This document shows positions 30,644-40,331 of a DNA stretch of 64,000 bases, piece after piece. The stretch spans positions 1,280,001-1,344,000 of the forward strand of contig CAWFGO010000001.1 in the NCBI GenBank assembly GCA_963815455.1, in the 5' to 3' direction. Under the pieces are notes generated by a model. That model searched no databases. It saw nothing but the letters and a program-made list of their open reading frames with translations, and had not been told where the DNA came from. The stretch comes from an uncultured Verrucomicrobiae bacterium. Lineage in GTDB: Bacteria > Verrucomicrobiota > Verrucomicrobiia > Chthoniobacterales > UBA10450. The position numbers were made by a program, and so were the translations under genes. Position 1 is the stretch's first letter. Every line of letters starts with the position of its first letter.

Positions 30644-31411
30644 TTATGGCACAATCGGATACTCGACACCCTTCGCACCATGCTCCAGATCATTTGGCGA
30701 TGCCGCCACAATCCGCTCCGATGGTTGCACAGCTCTGGACGCAATGCGAGCCAAGACCACCAACAGCAACGCCGTGGTAACAAAGGCGCCGCCCCACGTC
30801 CAAAACTCGATCATCCGAGGATGAGTTCTGCCACGCATCATCTTGAGTCCCAATTGGCCTAACGTGCCGACATACACATATAGAAAGAGACCCGGTATCC
30901 GGCCGATCGAGGCCCAAAGCATGTAGGCGCCAAACCGAATCCGAGTCACACCGTAAACGTAATTAAGCAGGCTTGTGGGAAAGAGCGGATGCAGTTGAGT
31001 CAACAAAATGATCTTCCAACTTTCCCGCTCCAGGGCCGGTTCCAACGCCCGCAGCGCCGCGTTTTGTCCAAGCTTTCGCCGAAACCACCCACTCGCAAGC
31101 CAACGGCTCGAGGCAAACGAAATGGCCGCACCGATGACGTTGCCCACAAAGACGATCAAAAATCCCCACCAAAGCCCGAAAAAGAAACCGCCGCCCACCG
31201 CCAGCACTCCACCGGGAAGCAGCAGAATGTTACACGCGGCGAACAGAAATGGATAACAAATCGCTCCCCACGCGCCCCAACCGATCACTCGCCTCTGCAG
31301 TGCCTCAAGAAGATCGACAATGGGAAAAAAACGTCCGGACACTGAAACCAGCACCACCACAATTAGCAGTCCCGCGACTTGCCAGTAGATTGCGCGCCGG
31401 ACTTTGAACAT
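30644..31411 (-). CDS. TVP38/TMEM64 (DedA/VTT) membrane protein
   Basis: GGFFFGLWWG; LHPLFPTSLLNYVYG; hydrophobic. Confidence 0.9.
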   Translation of the reverse strand: MFKVRRAIYWQVAGLLIVVVLVSVSGRFFPIVDLLEALQRRVIGWGAWGAICYPFLFAACNILLLPGGVLAVGGGFFFGLWWGFLIVFVGNVIGAAISFASSRWLASGWFRRKLGQNAALRALEPALERESWKIILLTQLHPLFPTSLLNYVYGVTRIRFGAYMLWASIGRIPGLFLYVYVGTLGQLGLKMMRGRTHPRMIEFWTWGGAFVTTALLLVVLARIASRAVQPSERIVAASPNDLEHGAKGVEYPIVP

Positions 31412-31482
31412 CCCCGCATCTTGGCCGTGTCAGAGGCGCCGTGCAAATTCCGCCCAGCCGCGTGTTTCGTTCGCGGCGTCGA

Positions 31483-32406
31483 TTATGAAACACTCGAAGC
31501 GGCGCTTTGCCGACGCGGAATGCCGAGGCTATCAAAAATCACCCGGGTCGCGTCGGACCGATTGAGCGTGTAAAAGTGAATGCCAGCCACGTTATTGTCC
31601 AAGAGATCGTGACATTGCTCCAAGGCGAAGTGAACGCCGACGCGTTTGACCATCTCCCGATCGTTTTCGCAGCGTTGGAGAGCGCGCAGAAGCTTTGCCG
31701 GGAAGCGCGCGCCGCCAGCCAGCTCGGCGATGCGTTTGAATCCGTTCATCGAGGTAATAGGCATGATGCCTGCGATAATGGGAATGTGAATATCGGCGAG
31801 CGCACAACGTTCACGGAAATCGTAAAAGTCGCGGTTGTCGAAAAACAGTTGCGTCACCATGTAGTCGGCGCCGGCCTCCACTTTCGCTTTCAGCAGGTCC
31901 ATTTCGACCAGTCGATTCGGCGTCGCGGGGTGTCCTTCCGGGAACCCGGCAACGCCGATTCCAAAGCCGCGGCGATCCGGATGCGCACCGGCTTCGTTGA
32001 ATCGGCGAATAAACTTCACTAAATCGATCGCGTGCTTGAACGAGTCGCGCGATTTGTCGTAGGGAACATCGCGGGGCCGATCTCCCCCGAGCGCCAGAAT
32101 ATTCGCGATCGCCGCCTTGGCGTATCGACGCAGGATTTCTTCGATCTCTTCTTCATTGTGGCAGATACAAGTCAGGTGAGGGATCGGATCCAAGTTGGTC
32201 GTGTGCTGAATCCGCTCGACCAGAGCGTGGGTCAACTGTCGAGTCGAACCGCCGGCACCGTAGGTTACGCTTACGAAGTGCGGCGTGTACGATTCCAGAT
32301 CCCGAATCGTCCGATAGAGCGTCTCGGCCGCAGCCGGCGTTTGCGGAGGAAAGAATTCGAACGAAAACGTGGGCGAATGCCCCTTCATTATGTCGGTGAT
32401 ATGCAT
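31483..32406 (-). CDS. metF: Methylenetetrahydrofolate reductase
   Basis: SFEFFPP; SVTYGAGG; PHLTC; TQLFFD; HFYTLN. Confidence 0.97.
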   Translation of the reverse strand: MHITDIMKGHSPTFSFEFFPPQTPAAAETLYRTIRDLESYTPHFVSVTYGAGGSTRQLTHALVERIQHTTNLDPIPHLTCICHNEEEIEEILRRYAKAAIANILALGGDRPRDVPYDKSRDSFKHAIDLVKFIRRFNEAGAHPDRRGFGIGVAGFPEGHPATPNRLVEMDLLKAKVEAGADYMVTQLFFDNRDFYDFRERCALADIHIPIIAGIMPITSMNGFKRIAELAGGARFPAKLLRALQRCENDREMVKRVGVHFALEQCHDLLDNNVAGIHFYTLNRSDATRVIFDSLGIPRRQSAASSVS

Positions 32407-32732
32407 GCCGCGTCCTTAGTTTCGTTCCTCCTGAGACTTTCGGTCAACTTGCGAAAGCTTTCGAGATCAACTTACCAAGCATGTTTTCGACCAAGCGGCA
32501 CTAGATACCCAAGCAACAAGCGAATAACCTTTAACAAGGCTCAATAACTCCCGGGGCGGATCATCGACGCCGCGTTTCGCCAAAGCTCCTGACCTGTTGT
32601 TCACACAACAGTTCAGATCATCGTGCAGTCGTGAACTCGGTAGCCTGTGTGGGTTATTCGCAGCCAGAAGATGAAGAAGTATGGCGGTTCAAAAGAAATT
32701 AATCTATCAGAAAAACCAATAACTCTGTCTGA

Positions 32733-33518
32733 ATGCCGAAACACACCAATCTAGGTTGCTCTCAGGACCAGCTTATTTATCAGGGCTCGTGTGCCTTGGG
32801 AGTTATGACCAAAGCGCCGCAGCCCAGAATGGTGAAGACCCGCTTGGTGCCACCGCTAACATACGAGGAAGCGGCGGAGCTAAACGCGTGTTTCTTGCGC
32901 GATATAAGTACGTCGATTGCCAATTGTTGCAGTATTGGTCAGCGACTTCCGGAAGATGCCAATATTCACGGTCTGGCCATTTATACCCCGGTCGGCGCCG
33001 AATCGGCCTACGAAAGTATTCTGCCGCGGGAATTTCTCCTGATGCCGCAGCGCGGCGATACTTTTGGAGAACGATTAATCCTGGCCGCTGAAGATTTGTT
33101 TGCCACCGGGTTTGCTTCCGTCTGTCTAATCAATTCCGATAGCCCCACCGTTCTTGCCTCGAGTTTTGCCGAAGCCGTGAGCGAATTGGTCAGGCCCGGC
33201 GATAGAGTAGTCCTCGGTCCGTCGGACGACGGCGGATATTATTTGATTGGGCTCAAGCAGCTGCATCGAAGATTATTTGAAGAAATAGATTGGAGCACCG
33301 AACGCGTTTTTGAGCAGACGAAACAACGCGCGAACGAGCTTGGACTAAGCGTTCACGAATTGCCGGCTGGGTTTGATGTCGATGATCGCGGAAGCTTGAT
33401 ACGGTTATGCAACGAACTGCTGGGCGCGAACGCGTCTGGCGGTGTCGCAGCGCATACTCGGAGATTCCTACGTGAAATCATCGAGCGCGAAGGCCGCGAT
33501 CGGATTTGGCCTGAATAG
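32733..33518 (+). CDS. DUF2064 / TIGR04282-type transferase
   Basis: MTKAP..VKTRL; QRGDTFGERL; INSDSP; VVLGPSDDGGYYLIG; WST; DVD. Confidence 0.9.
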   Translation: MPKHTNLGCSQDQLIYQGSCALGVMTKAPQPRMVKTRLVPPLTYEEAAELNACFLRDISTSIANCCSIGQRLPEDANIHGLAIYTPVGAESAYESILPREFLLMPQRGDTFGERLILAAEDLFATGFASVCLINSDSPTVLASSFAEAVSELVRPGDRVVLGPSDDGGYYLIGLKQLHRRLFEEIDWSTERVFEQTKQRANELGLSVHELPAGFDVDDRGSLIRLCNELLGANASGGVAAHTRRFLREIIEREGRDRIWPE

Positions 33519-33563
33519 AGTCGGCCGCTTGCTCGCCAGCGCGAGCGCCTCTAGAAGAAATGG

Positions 33564-34690
33564 ATGCCTAAACGCGCGCTCGTCACCGGTGGCGCGGGCC
33601 TGATTGGTTCGCATGTCACCGACTTGCTCGTGCGCGAGGGCTGGCAGGTTCGCGTGCTCGACAATCTTGAGCCGCAAACGCACCGCCGAGGCAAGCCGCC
33701 TTGGATCAACTCGGATGCGGATTCATCGAAGGCGATCTAAGAGATCGCGACACGATGGCGGCTGCGCTCGACAAGATCGACATCGTCTTTCACCAGGCCG
33801 CCTACGGCGGCTATATGCCCGAGATCGCGAAATTCGTCCAGGTCAACAGCTTTGGCACAGCGCAGATGCTGGAAGTGATTCGTGAAAAAAACCTGCCGAT
33901 TAAAAAAATTGTGGTCGCCAGCTCTCAGGCTGTTTACAGCGAGGGCGCCGGCGAATGTTCGACCCACGGATTGGTTTTTCCGAACGTTCGGCCGATCGAA
34001 CAACTTCAAAATGGCGATTGGGAAGTGCATTGCCCGATTTGTGGCGCGATCACCAAGAGCGCGCCGACTCCAGAGAATGCACCGGTCGGCGGAGAGACTG
34101 TTTACGGTCTAACGAAAGTCGATCAGGAGCGGCTCGTCTTGATCTGGGGGAAACAAACAGGCATTCCGACCGTGGCCTTGCGGTACTCGTGCACCTACGG
34201 GCCGCGTCAGTCGATCTTCAATCCATATACCGGCGTGATAGCCATCTTTTGCACGCGGCTGCTTAATAATCTGCCGCCGGTTCTTTACGAAGACGGTGAG
34301 CAGACACGAGACTTTTCCTTTGTCGAAGACATCGCCCGGGCCAACTTGCTCGCCGCCGAAACGGACAAGCTGGACGGGTTACCGGTGAACGTCGGCAGCG
34401 GGCGCGGGGTGCCGATCCGCGAGATCGCCGAACAGGTTTCGCTCGCACTCAGGATCGACATCGCGCCCGAACTGAACGGCGAATTTCGCCCGGGCGAGAT
34501 GCGGCATCTCACCAGCGACACGACGCGCATTCGCGCCGTTGGCTACAAACCGGCGGTCGATCTGGCCGAAGGGATTCGGCGTTACATCGACTGGATTCAG
34601 ACACAATCGGACATACGCGATTATTTCAGCGAAGCGGCCGCGATCATGCGAAACAAAGGAATTGTGCACCGTAGAATGGTGTTGGAATAA
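33564..34690 (+). CDS. NAD-dependent epimerase/dehydratase; frameshift near 33721
   Basis: From ATG 33564, MPKRALVTGGAGLIGSH; joins ORF 33701..34690 (YGLTK, YGPRQ). Confidence 0.88.
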
Positions 34691-34694
34691 CGCC

Positions 34695-35711
34695 ATGGAC
34701 GTCGCAGCCAGCATTCCTGATTTCAACGCGCCGGTCCTAGCGCATTCACGGAAGGATTTTCCGCTGCTTAACATCGACATGACGGTGGGCCAAGCGCTGG
34801 AACAGATCCGGCGCGAAGGCGTGGGCGAGCGCGTGATTTATTTCTTTGCCGTTGATGCGGAGAAACGACTGGCGGGAGTCTTGCCTACGCGACGGCTGCT
34901 CACCGCGCCGTTGGAGACGCCGCTGCGCGATATCATGGTGAGCCGGGTGATCGCCATTCCGGCGACTGCGACTGTCCTCGACGCCTGCGAGTTTTTCGTT
35001 CTCTACAAATTTCTCGCTTTTCCGGTAGTGGACGCGCAACGCCACGTCGTCGGCGTAATCGATGCCAATCTTTTCACCGAGGAAATTTTGGAAGCGGGCG
35101 AGCACGAAGATCGACATCGTCCGGCCGCGCCGGTGCGCGATGAATTTTTCGAAGCGCTCGGGTTTCACCTCGAACAGATTCGGGGCGCCTCGCCGTGGCG
35201 GATTTTTCGTTACCGATTTCCGTGGCTGCTGGCGACTGTCGGCGGTGGCACAATCTGCGCACTGGTCGCGGGTGCTTTCGAGGCGACGCTGGCGCGAAGT
35301 TTGATCATCGCATTTTTTCTGACGCTGGTGCTGGGCTTGAATGAAAGTGTTGCCATGCAATCGATGAGCCTTACGATTCAAGCGCTGCGCTCGATGCCGG
35401 TCACCTGGCAATGGTTTGTCGTAGCTTTCCGGCGCGAAATTACGACCGCGCTCCTGCTGGGCCTTGCTTGCGGCACTCTTGTCGCCGCGGTCGTTTGGGT
35501 TTGGCGCGGCGATCCGCAGGGCGCCTACGTCATTGGCGGAAGCATCGCACTTTCGTTGCTCATGGCTTGTCTGCTCGGGCTCGGGATCCCGTCATTGCTG
35601 CATCGATTTAAGCTCGATCCAAAGATCGCCGCCGGCCCGATTACTCTGGCCCTGGCCGATTTGTCCGCGCTTGTCATCTATTTCAGCAGCGCCTGGCTGC
35701 TTCTGAGATGA
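34695..35711 (+). CDS. mgtE: MgtE-family Mg2+ transporter (CBS pair + TM domain, no N-domain)
   Basis: CBS motifs; RFPWLL; LDPKIAAGPITLALAD. Confidence 0.85.
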   Translation: MDVAASIPDFNAPVLAHSRKDFPLLNIDMTVGQALEQIRREGVGERVIYFFAVDAEKRLAGVLPTRRLLTAPLETPLRDIMVSRVIAIPATATVLDACEFFVLYKFLAFPVVDAQRHVVGVIDANLFTEEILEAGEHEDRHRPAAPVRDEFFEALGFHLEQIRGASPWRIFRYRFPWLLATVGGGTICALVAGAFEATLARSLIIAFFLTLVLGLNESVAMQSMSLTIQALRSMPVTWQWFVVAFRREITTALLLGLACGTLVAAVVWVWRGDPQGAYVIGGSIALSLLMACLLGLGIPSLLHRFKLDPKIAAGPITLALADLSALVIYFSSAWLLLR

Positions 35712-35785
35712 GAGTCGTGGCATCGGCATCCTGACGATGATCTGCTTGCGCACAACTTGATCACGAGCGAGACGCTCGTGCCACC

Positions 35786-36493
35786 ATGTCCGTCTCGGTC
35801 GTAATCCCGGCGCTGAACGAGGAAGCGACCATTGCCAGCGTGGTGCGCGACGTCGCCGTCACAAGAATTCCCGCTGACATCATCGTGGTCGACAACGGCA
35901 GTACTGATCGGACAGCGGAACGCGCTCGTGAAGCCGGAGCGCGCGTTGTTAACGCTCTGCGCGGGTACGGACGCGCTTGCGCGGCTGGGGTAGCCGCGCT
36001 CCAGTCCGGATCCGACATCGTTGTCTTTCTCGACGGCGATGGCAGCGATTGCCCGGAGTTCCTCCAGCAACTTGTCGATCCTATCCTTGCCGGCACGCAC
36101 GATTTCGTGATCGGCTCGCGCACCCGCGGCCAACGCGAGCCCGGCAGCATGAATTTTCAGCAGATTCTTTCCGGACGATTGGCCGGATGGCTGATGTCGA
36201 TCTTGTACGGCGTTCGTTATACCGACATGTGCCCATTTCGCGCGATCCGTCGCGACGCGATCGAGAAGCTTGGTATGCGCGAACAAACCTATGGCTGGAA
36301 CCTGGAGATGCAGATGAAAGCGGCGCGCGCCGGCTTGCGCATTCTCGAAATTCCCGTGAATCATCGTTGCCGCGCCGGAGGCGAATCGAAAGTTTCGGGG
36401 ACGTTGAGCGGGACATTCGTCGCCGGTGCGCGCATCGTCACGACGCTTTTGCGCATCGCTACAGAAAGAAAGCCACGGATGAACACAGATTGA
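35786..36493 (+). CDS. Family 2 glycosyltransferase
   Basis: VIPALNEE; VDNGSTD; RGYGRAC; FLDGDGSD; GSR. Confidence 0.95.
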   Translation: MSVSVVIPALNEEATIASVVRDVAVTRIPADIIVVDNGSTDRTAERAREAGARVVNALRGYGRACAAGVAALQSGSDIVVFLDGDGSDCPEFLQQLVDPILAGTHDFVIGSRTRGQREPGSMNFQQILSGRLAGWLMSILYGVRYTDMCPFRAIRRDAIEKLGMREQTYGWNLEMQMKAARAGLRILEIPVNHRCRAGGESKVSGTLSGTFVAGARIVTTLLRIATERKPRMNTD

Positions 36494-36598
36494 CACAGAT
36501 TTTCGGCTACCAGATATTGCAAGTCTCTCCTTCCGATCCGTGTTTCATCCGCTTGCCAAGCCGTAGTTTCAGACGAAGGCTGGTGTTAATCTGTGGCT
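36471..36598. repeat. AGCCACGGAT...ATCTGTGGCT inverted repeat carrying a nested element
   Basis: Terminal IR; supplies the GT2 stop codon; internal CTTGCCAAGCCGTAG...GAAGGCTGG insert. Confidence 0.7.
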
Positions 36599-36613
36599 GA
36601 AGAAAGTCGTTCT

Positions 36614-38203
36614 ATGACTTCCACTAGCGAAATGCCGCCTGGCAAAGCAATTGCGGCCGGCTTGCTCGCCGGGCTCGTAGCGGCCATGGCAATCACCGTT
36701 GCAATGTTGCTGCTTGCTTGTTTCGGCGTGGCTACGCCGCTCTTCATTATCGGTGATCGGCTTTCCGTTTTCGTTCCGCCCGGGCCGTTCCTGTCGATCA
36801 TGGGAAAGGTCGGCGGATACAATCATCTAAAACAGCTCGGTGTAGGATCGACAATGGCCGGTCAGTTGTTAGTCGGCGCGATTGGTGGCGGCATTTTCGG
36901 TTTGTTTACGCGACGTCATCCGGCTCGACGCGCGATGCTTTGGACGATGTCGATCTTCGTGGTTCTGCCGATCATCGCTGCCGCCATTATGCTCGGGCCG
37001 GTGCTGGGAACGAGCTATCGCGGTCTGCCGATCGATGTTGCGAGGCTGGTCACGCTGGCGGGATTCGCGCTCTCTGTTTTCATTTTCGAGCGGACGTTCG
37101 TTGTCGGCTTCCAGTTTTTGATCGGGCCGCGGTCGGCGCCCGCGGCTACAACCAAGACCGGCGCTAATAGCGAATTCACACCGGCGATCGGCCGGCGCGC
37201 GTTCGTGCTGGGCGCCGTTGGGGTCGCGTTAGGGGGAGGCGGGGTCGCATTGGCCAGGAAACTTTGGCGCGTCGCGGCGTTCAGCTATGACGGCACACAA
37301 TACAAAGGCCGAATCGTTCAGCCGATCACACCTAACGATTTGTTTTATTGCGTGACCAAGAACGTTGTCGATCCCACGGTAAATCTCGATGTCTGGCGGC
37401 TCGAGGTTGGTGGGCTGGTTCAAAATCCGGCGACGTGGCATCTGCGGGATCTGCTCGGCTTCGAGGCGCGCGAGCAGGAGACGACGCTGATGTGCATCAG
37501 CAACGGGTTGGATGCGGGACTGATCAGTAACGCGCGTTGGAAAGGGCTGACGCTGCGCGATCTGCTCGATCAGGCCGGACCGCTTCCGAACGCCGCCCGG
37601 GTGCGTCTTCACGGCGTCGATAATTACACCGACACGATCCCCTTGGAGAAAGCGATGGATATCTCCACGCTGCTCGCTTACGAAATGAACGGTGTTCAGT
37701 TACCCGACCGGCATGGTTATCCATTGCGCGTGATTGTCCCGGGTTACTTTGGCGAGAAACATGTGAAATGGCTCACCCGTATCGAGCTGGTGACGGCCGA
37801 TGCCAAAGGCTTTTACGAAAAACAAGGCTGGGGACCAGATTTTATCACGCCGACCAGATCGAGAATCGACGTGCCCGATTACGGATCGCAGTTCTCGTTA
37901 GGGCAATTGAACGGGCCGATTGAAGTGAAAGGCATGGCCTACGGCGGCAACCGCGGCATCTCCCGAGTGGAAATGAGCTTCGACGACGGCGAGACCTGGA
38001 ACGAGGCAAAGATCGATTATCCCGGAACAAAGTTGACCTGGGCGCTCTGGAGTTACGATTGGCAACCGCAGCAAGCCGACGATTACACGCTGGTCGTCCG
38101 CGCGACTGACGGCGAGGGTAAAGTCCAGGATGTGGATTGGAACCGCAGCTTCTTCTCCGGTGTGACTGGTTTTCATAAGATTTTTGTGCAAGTAGCCACG
38201 TAG
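36614..38203 (+). CDS. Membrane-anchored molybdopterin-dependent oxidoreductase (sulfite oxidase family)
   Basis: TM region; RRAFV; TLMCISN; HGYPLRVIVPGYFGEKHVKWL; Ig-like dimerisation domain. Confidence 0.92.
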   Translation: MTSTSEMPPGKAIAAGLLAGLVAAMAITVAMLLLACFGVATPLFIIGDRLSVFVPPGPFLSIMGKVGGYNHLKQLGVGSTMAGQLLVGAIGGGIFGLFTRRHPARRAMLWTMSIFVVLPIIAAAIMLGPVLGTSYRGLPIDVARLVTLAGFALSVFIFERTFVVGFQFLIGPRSAPAATTKTGANSEFTPAIGRRAFVLGAVGVALGGGGVALARKLWRVAAFSYDGTQYKGRIVQPITPNDLFYCVTKNVVDPTVNLDVWRLEVGGLVQNPATWHLRDLLGFEAREQETTLMCISNGLDAGLISNARWKGLTLRDLLDQAGPLPNAARVRLHGVDNYTDTIPLEKAMDISTLLAYEMNGVQLPDRHGYPLRVIVPGYFGEKHVKWLTRIELVTADAKGFYEKQGWGPDFITPTRSRIDVPDYGSQFSLGQLNGPIEVKGMAYGGNRGISRVEMSFDDGETWNEAKIDYPGTKLTWALWSYDWQPQQADDYTLVVRATDGEGKVQDVDWNRSFFSGVTGFHKIFVQVAT

Positions 38204-38207
38204 GTCC

Positions 38208-38232
38208 AAAGCGGCAGTGCTCTGCCGCTTTT
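38208..38232. terminator. Bidirectional terminator hairpin
   Basis: AAAGCGGCAG-TGCT-CTGCCGCTTTT between convergent genes. Confidence 0.7.
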
Positions 38233-38267
38233 ATCGGATAGCCGCGCCGACGCCGAACAACAGACTG

Positions 38268-39062
38268 CTATTTCTGACACTGCGTACACCACGCCGTGGT
38301 TCGCCCGCCAATCGTCGCGTGACGAAGATGCCCGCGGTGCTTCGGGCAAACACCGTTGCGTTTCCATTTTTGGTGGATTAGCCAGCTCTTCGGCGGGTCG
38401 GAGAAATCTTTGCCGAGAGTTTCCAGCGATCGTTTCACGACGAACTTTGTCGAGTGAAAAATCGCGGCGCGCTCACGGGTGGTCAGTTTTCCACTTCGCT
38501 TCGATGGCAAGACTTTTGCCCGCCAGAGAATTTCATCGGCCATCCAATTGCCGATTCCTGGGAAACCGTCTTGCATGAGCAGGATAGCCTTGATCGGCGC
38601 TTGGCGATGTCGGTCCAGGAACTCGTCGAAAAATTCCTGATCGAATTCTTGCGAGTTGAGCGCAGGCGCCTCGCGCTTCCACCAATCTGGCTCTTTCGAT
38701 CCGCGATGAAAACGGACGTGTCCGAGCTGGCGTGGGTCGGTGAAGAGGAGCGCGCGTTTTTTTTGATGCAACACCAAGTGATCGTATTTGCCCGGGCGGA
38801 AATCGCGCGCTGCCACGTGCGTTTTGCCGGTCATGCCGAGGTGGATGCCGAGCCAGTTGTCGCGGGAGAACTTGAAGAGCATCTGTTTTCCATGAGTTGT
38901 CGATCTTAGCAATTTTTCGCCGACCAGATTCTTGCGAAGCTCGTCCGTGCTCGTTCCGCGGAAGACGTATTTGCCGGGGTGCAGGCTAACATCGACAACT
39001 TCGTCACCGCGGCCGGGGTCCCATTGTTTGCGATACCATTCGACTTCGGCCAGCTCGGGCAT
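38268..39062 (-). CDS. Fpg/Nei family DNA glycosylase
   Basis: MPELAEVE; HLGMTG; DPRQLG; GIGNWMADE; C-terminal CPKH...CTQC zinc finger. Confidence 0.93.
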   Translation of the reverse strand: MPELAEVEWYRKQWDPGRGDEVVDVSLHPGKYVFRGTSTDELRKNLVGEKLLRSTTHGKQMLFKFSRDNWLGIHLGMTGKTHVAARDFRPGKYDHLVLHQKKRALLFTDPRQLGHVRFHRGSKEPDWWKREAPALNSQEFDQEFFDEFLDRHRQAPIKAILLMQDGFPGIGNWMADEILWRAKVLPSKRSGKLTTRERAAIFHSTKFVVKRSLETLGKDFSDPPKSWLIHQKWKRNGVCPKHRGHLRHATIGGRTTAWCTQCQK

Positions 39063-39102
39063 TTCGCAGATTACGCGAGCGCGCTATCGCGGCAATTTCC
39101 TG

Positions 39103-39236
39103 TCTGGGGAGCACAGGCCGCTGGCCTGTAGGTCTGGGCAGCTTGCCGAGACCCATCCAAGGCGTCAGGCAATGTCGAAGGAGATGTTGCCGGCAAGCTG
39201 CCGGCAACTGCAGGCTGGCAGCCTGCGCTCCCCAGA
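39103..39236. repeat. REP-like element TCTGGGGAGCACAGGC...GCCTGCGCTCCCCAGA
   Basis: Terminal IR with internal hairpins (GTTGCCGGCA-AGC-TGCCGGCAAC). Confidence 0.75.
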
Positions 39237-39298
39237 ACGCCAACCCTTCGGCGTCGGTGCTACGCTTTGCCGACTTGCGCAGCGTGCTAGATTTACTC

Positions 39299-40222
39299 AT
39301 GGAGAAAGTGATCATTGTCGGAAGCGGCTGCGCCGGGTTGACCGCGGCGATTTATGCCGCGCGCGCGAATTTGAGCCCGCTTGTGCTGGAAGGGCGCCAA
39401 CCGGGCGGGCAGCTTTCGACTACAACTTTGGTGGAAAATTTCCCCGGATTTCCCGATGGCATTGACGGTCCGCAGCTGATCATGAACATGCACAAGCAGG
39501 CCGAAAACTTCGGCGCGCGTTTCTCCTACGCCGAGGTCACGGAATTCGATTCGAGCAACAAACACATTCGGATCAAAGCGGACGACGATTGGCTGGAGAC
39601 GCGGGCGCTTATCATCGCCAGCGGCGCTTCAGCGCGATGGCTTGGACTCGAGGACGAAGAGAAACTGGTCGGTCACGGACTAACGAGCTGCGCGACATGC
39701 GACGGCGCATTCTACAAGAACGTGCCGGTCTGCGTGGTTGGTGGCGGCGATTCGGCGGCCGAGGAAGCGCTGTTTCTCACCCGATTCGCCTCGAAAGTTT
39801 ATCTGATTCATCGCCGCGACAAAATGCGGGCATCGAAAATCATGGTCGATCGCGTGCTGGCGAACAAAAAGATCGAGCCGATCTGGAACACGGTCCTGAG
39901 GAAATACATTCCCGATGAAAAAGGCGAGATGCGCGCGGTTCGGTTGCATGATGTGAAAACGAACGAAGAGCGCGAGCTGCCGGTGGCATGTGTGTTTGTG
40001 GCGATCGGGCACGATCCGAACACGAAGGCATATCAAGGCAAACTCGAGACCGACCCAGATGGTTACTTAATCGCGAAACATCTGGCCGAAAGCCAGCACC
40101 CGGGTGTTTTCATCGCCGGCGACGTGGCCGATCGTGTTTACAAGCAGGCCGTGACCGCAGCCGGCTCCGGATGCGCGGCGGCGATGGAGGCGGAGAAATA
40201 TCTCAGCGAGCTCGAGGAGTAA
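39299..40222 (+). CDS. trxB: Thioredoxin-disulfide reductase
   Basis: GSGCAG; GGQL; ENFPGF; CATCDG; GGGDSAAEEA; ATG at 39299. Confidence 0.97.
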   Translation: MEKVIIVGSGCAGLTAAIYAARANLSPLVLEGRQPGGQLSTTTLVENFPGFPDGIDGPQLIMNMHKQAENFGARFSYAEVTEFDSSNKHIRIKADDDWLETRALIIASGASARWLGLEDEEKLVGHGLTSCATCDGAFYKNVPVCVVGGGDSAAEEALFLTRFASKVYLIHRRDKMRASKIMVDRVLANKKIEPIWNTVLRKYIPDEKGEMRAVRLHDVKTNEERELPVACVFVAIGHDPNTKAYQGKLETDPDGYLIAKHLAESQHPGVFIAGDVADRVYKQAVTAAGSGCAAAMEAEKYLSELEE

Positions 40223-40238
40223 ATGGCCAATCTCTTCT

Positions 40239-40329
40239 GTCATCCTGAGCGAAGCGCAGCGTAGTCGAAGGATCCCGTTGCACCACGTCTGGGATGGCTA
40301 CGGGATTCCTCGACTTCGCTCGGAATGAC
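40239..40329. repeat. GTCATCCTGAGCGAAG...CTTCGCTCGGAATGAC palindromic repeat
   Basis: Terminal IR; ends 2 nt before the next ATG. Confidence 0.8.
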
Positions 40330-40331
40330 AA

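Noticed and set aside
32407..32732. SAM or SAH riboswitch upstream of metF
   Set aside because: No consensus recognised. A TTGACC promoter-like box lies close to the start, and the hairpin near 32589..32617 is not diagnostic.
39143..39298. 52-aa N-terminal extension of TrxB (similar extensions at 16778, 20430 and 9131)
   Set aside because: The extensions are translations of repeat or promoter DNA; family-typical starts lie downstream.
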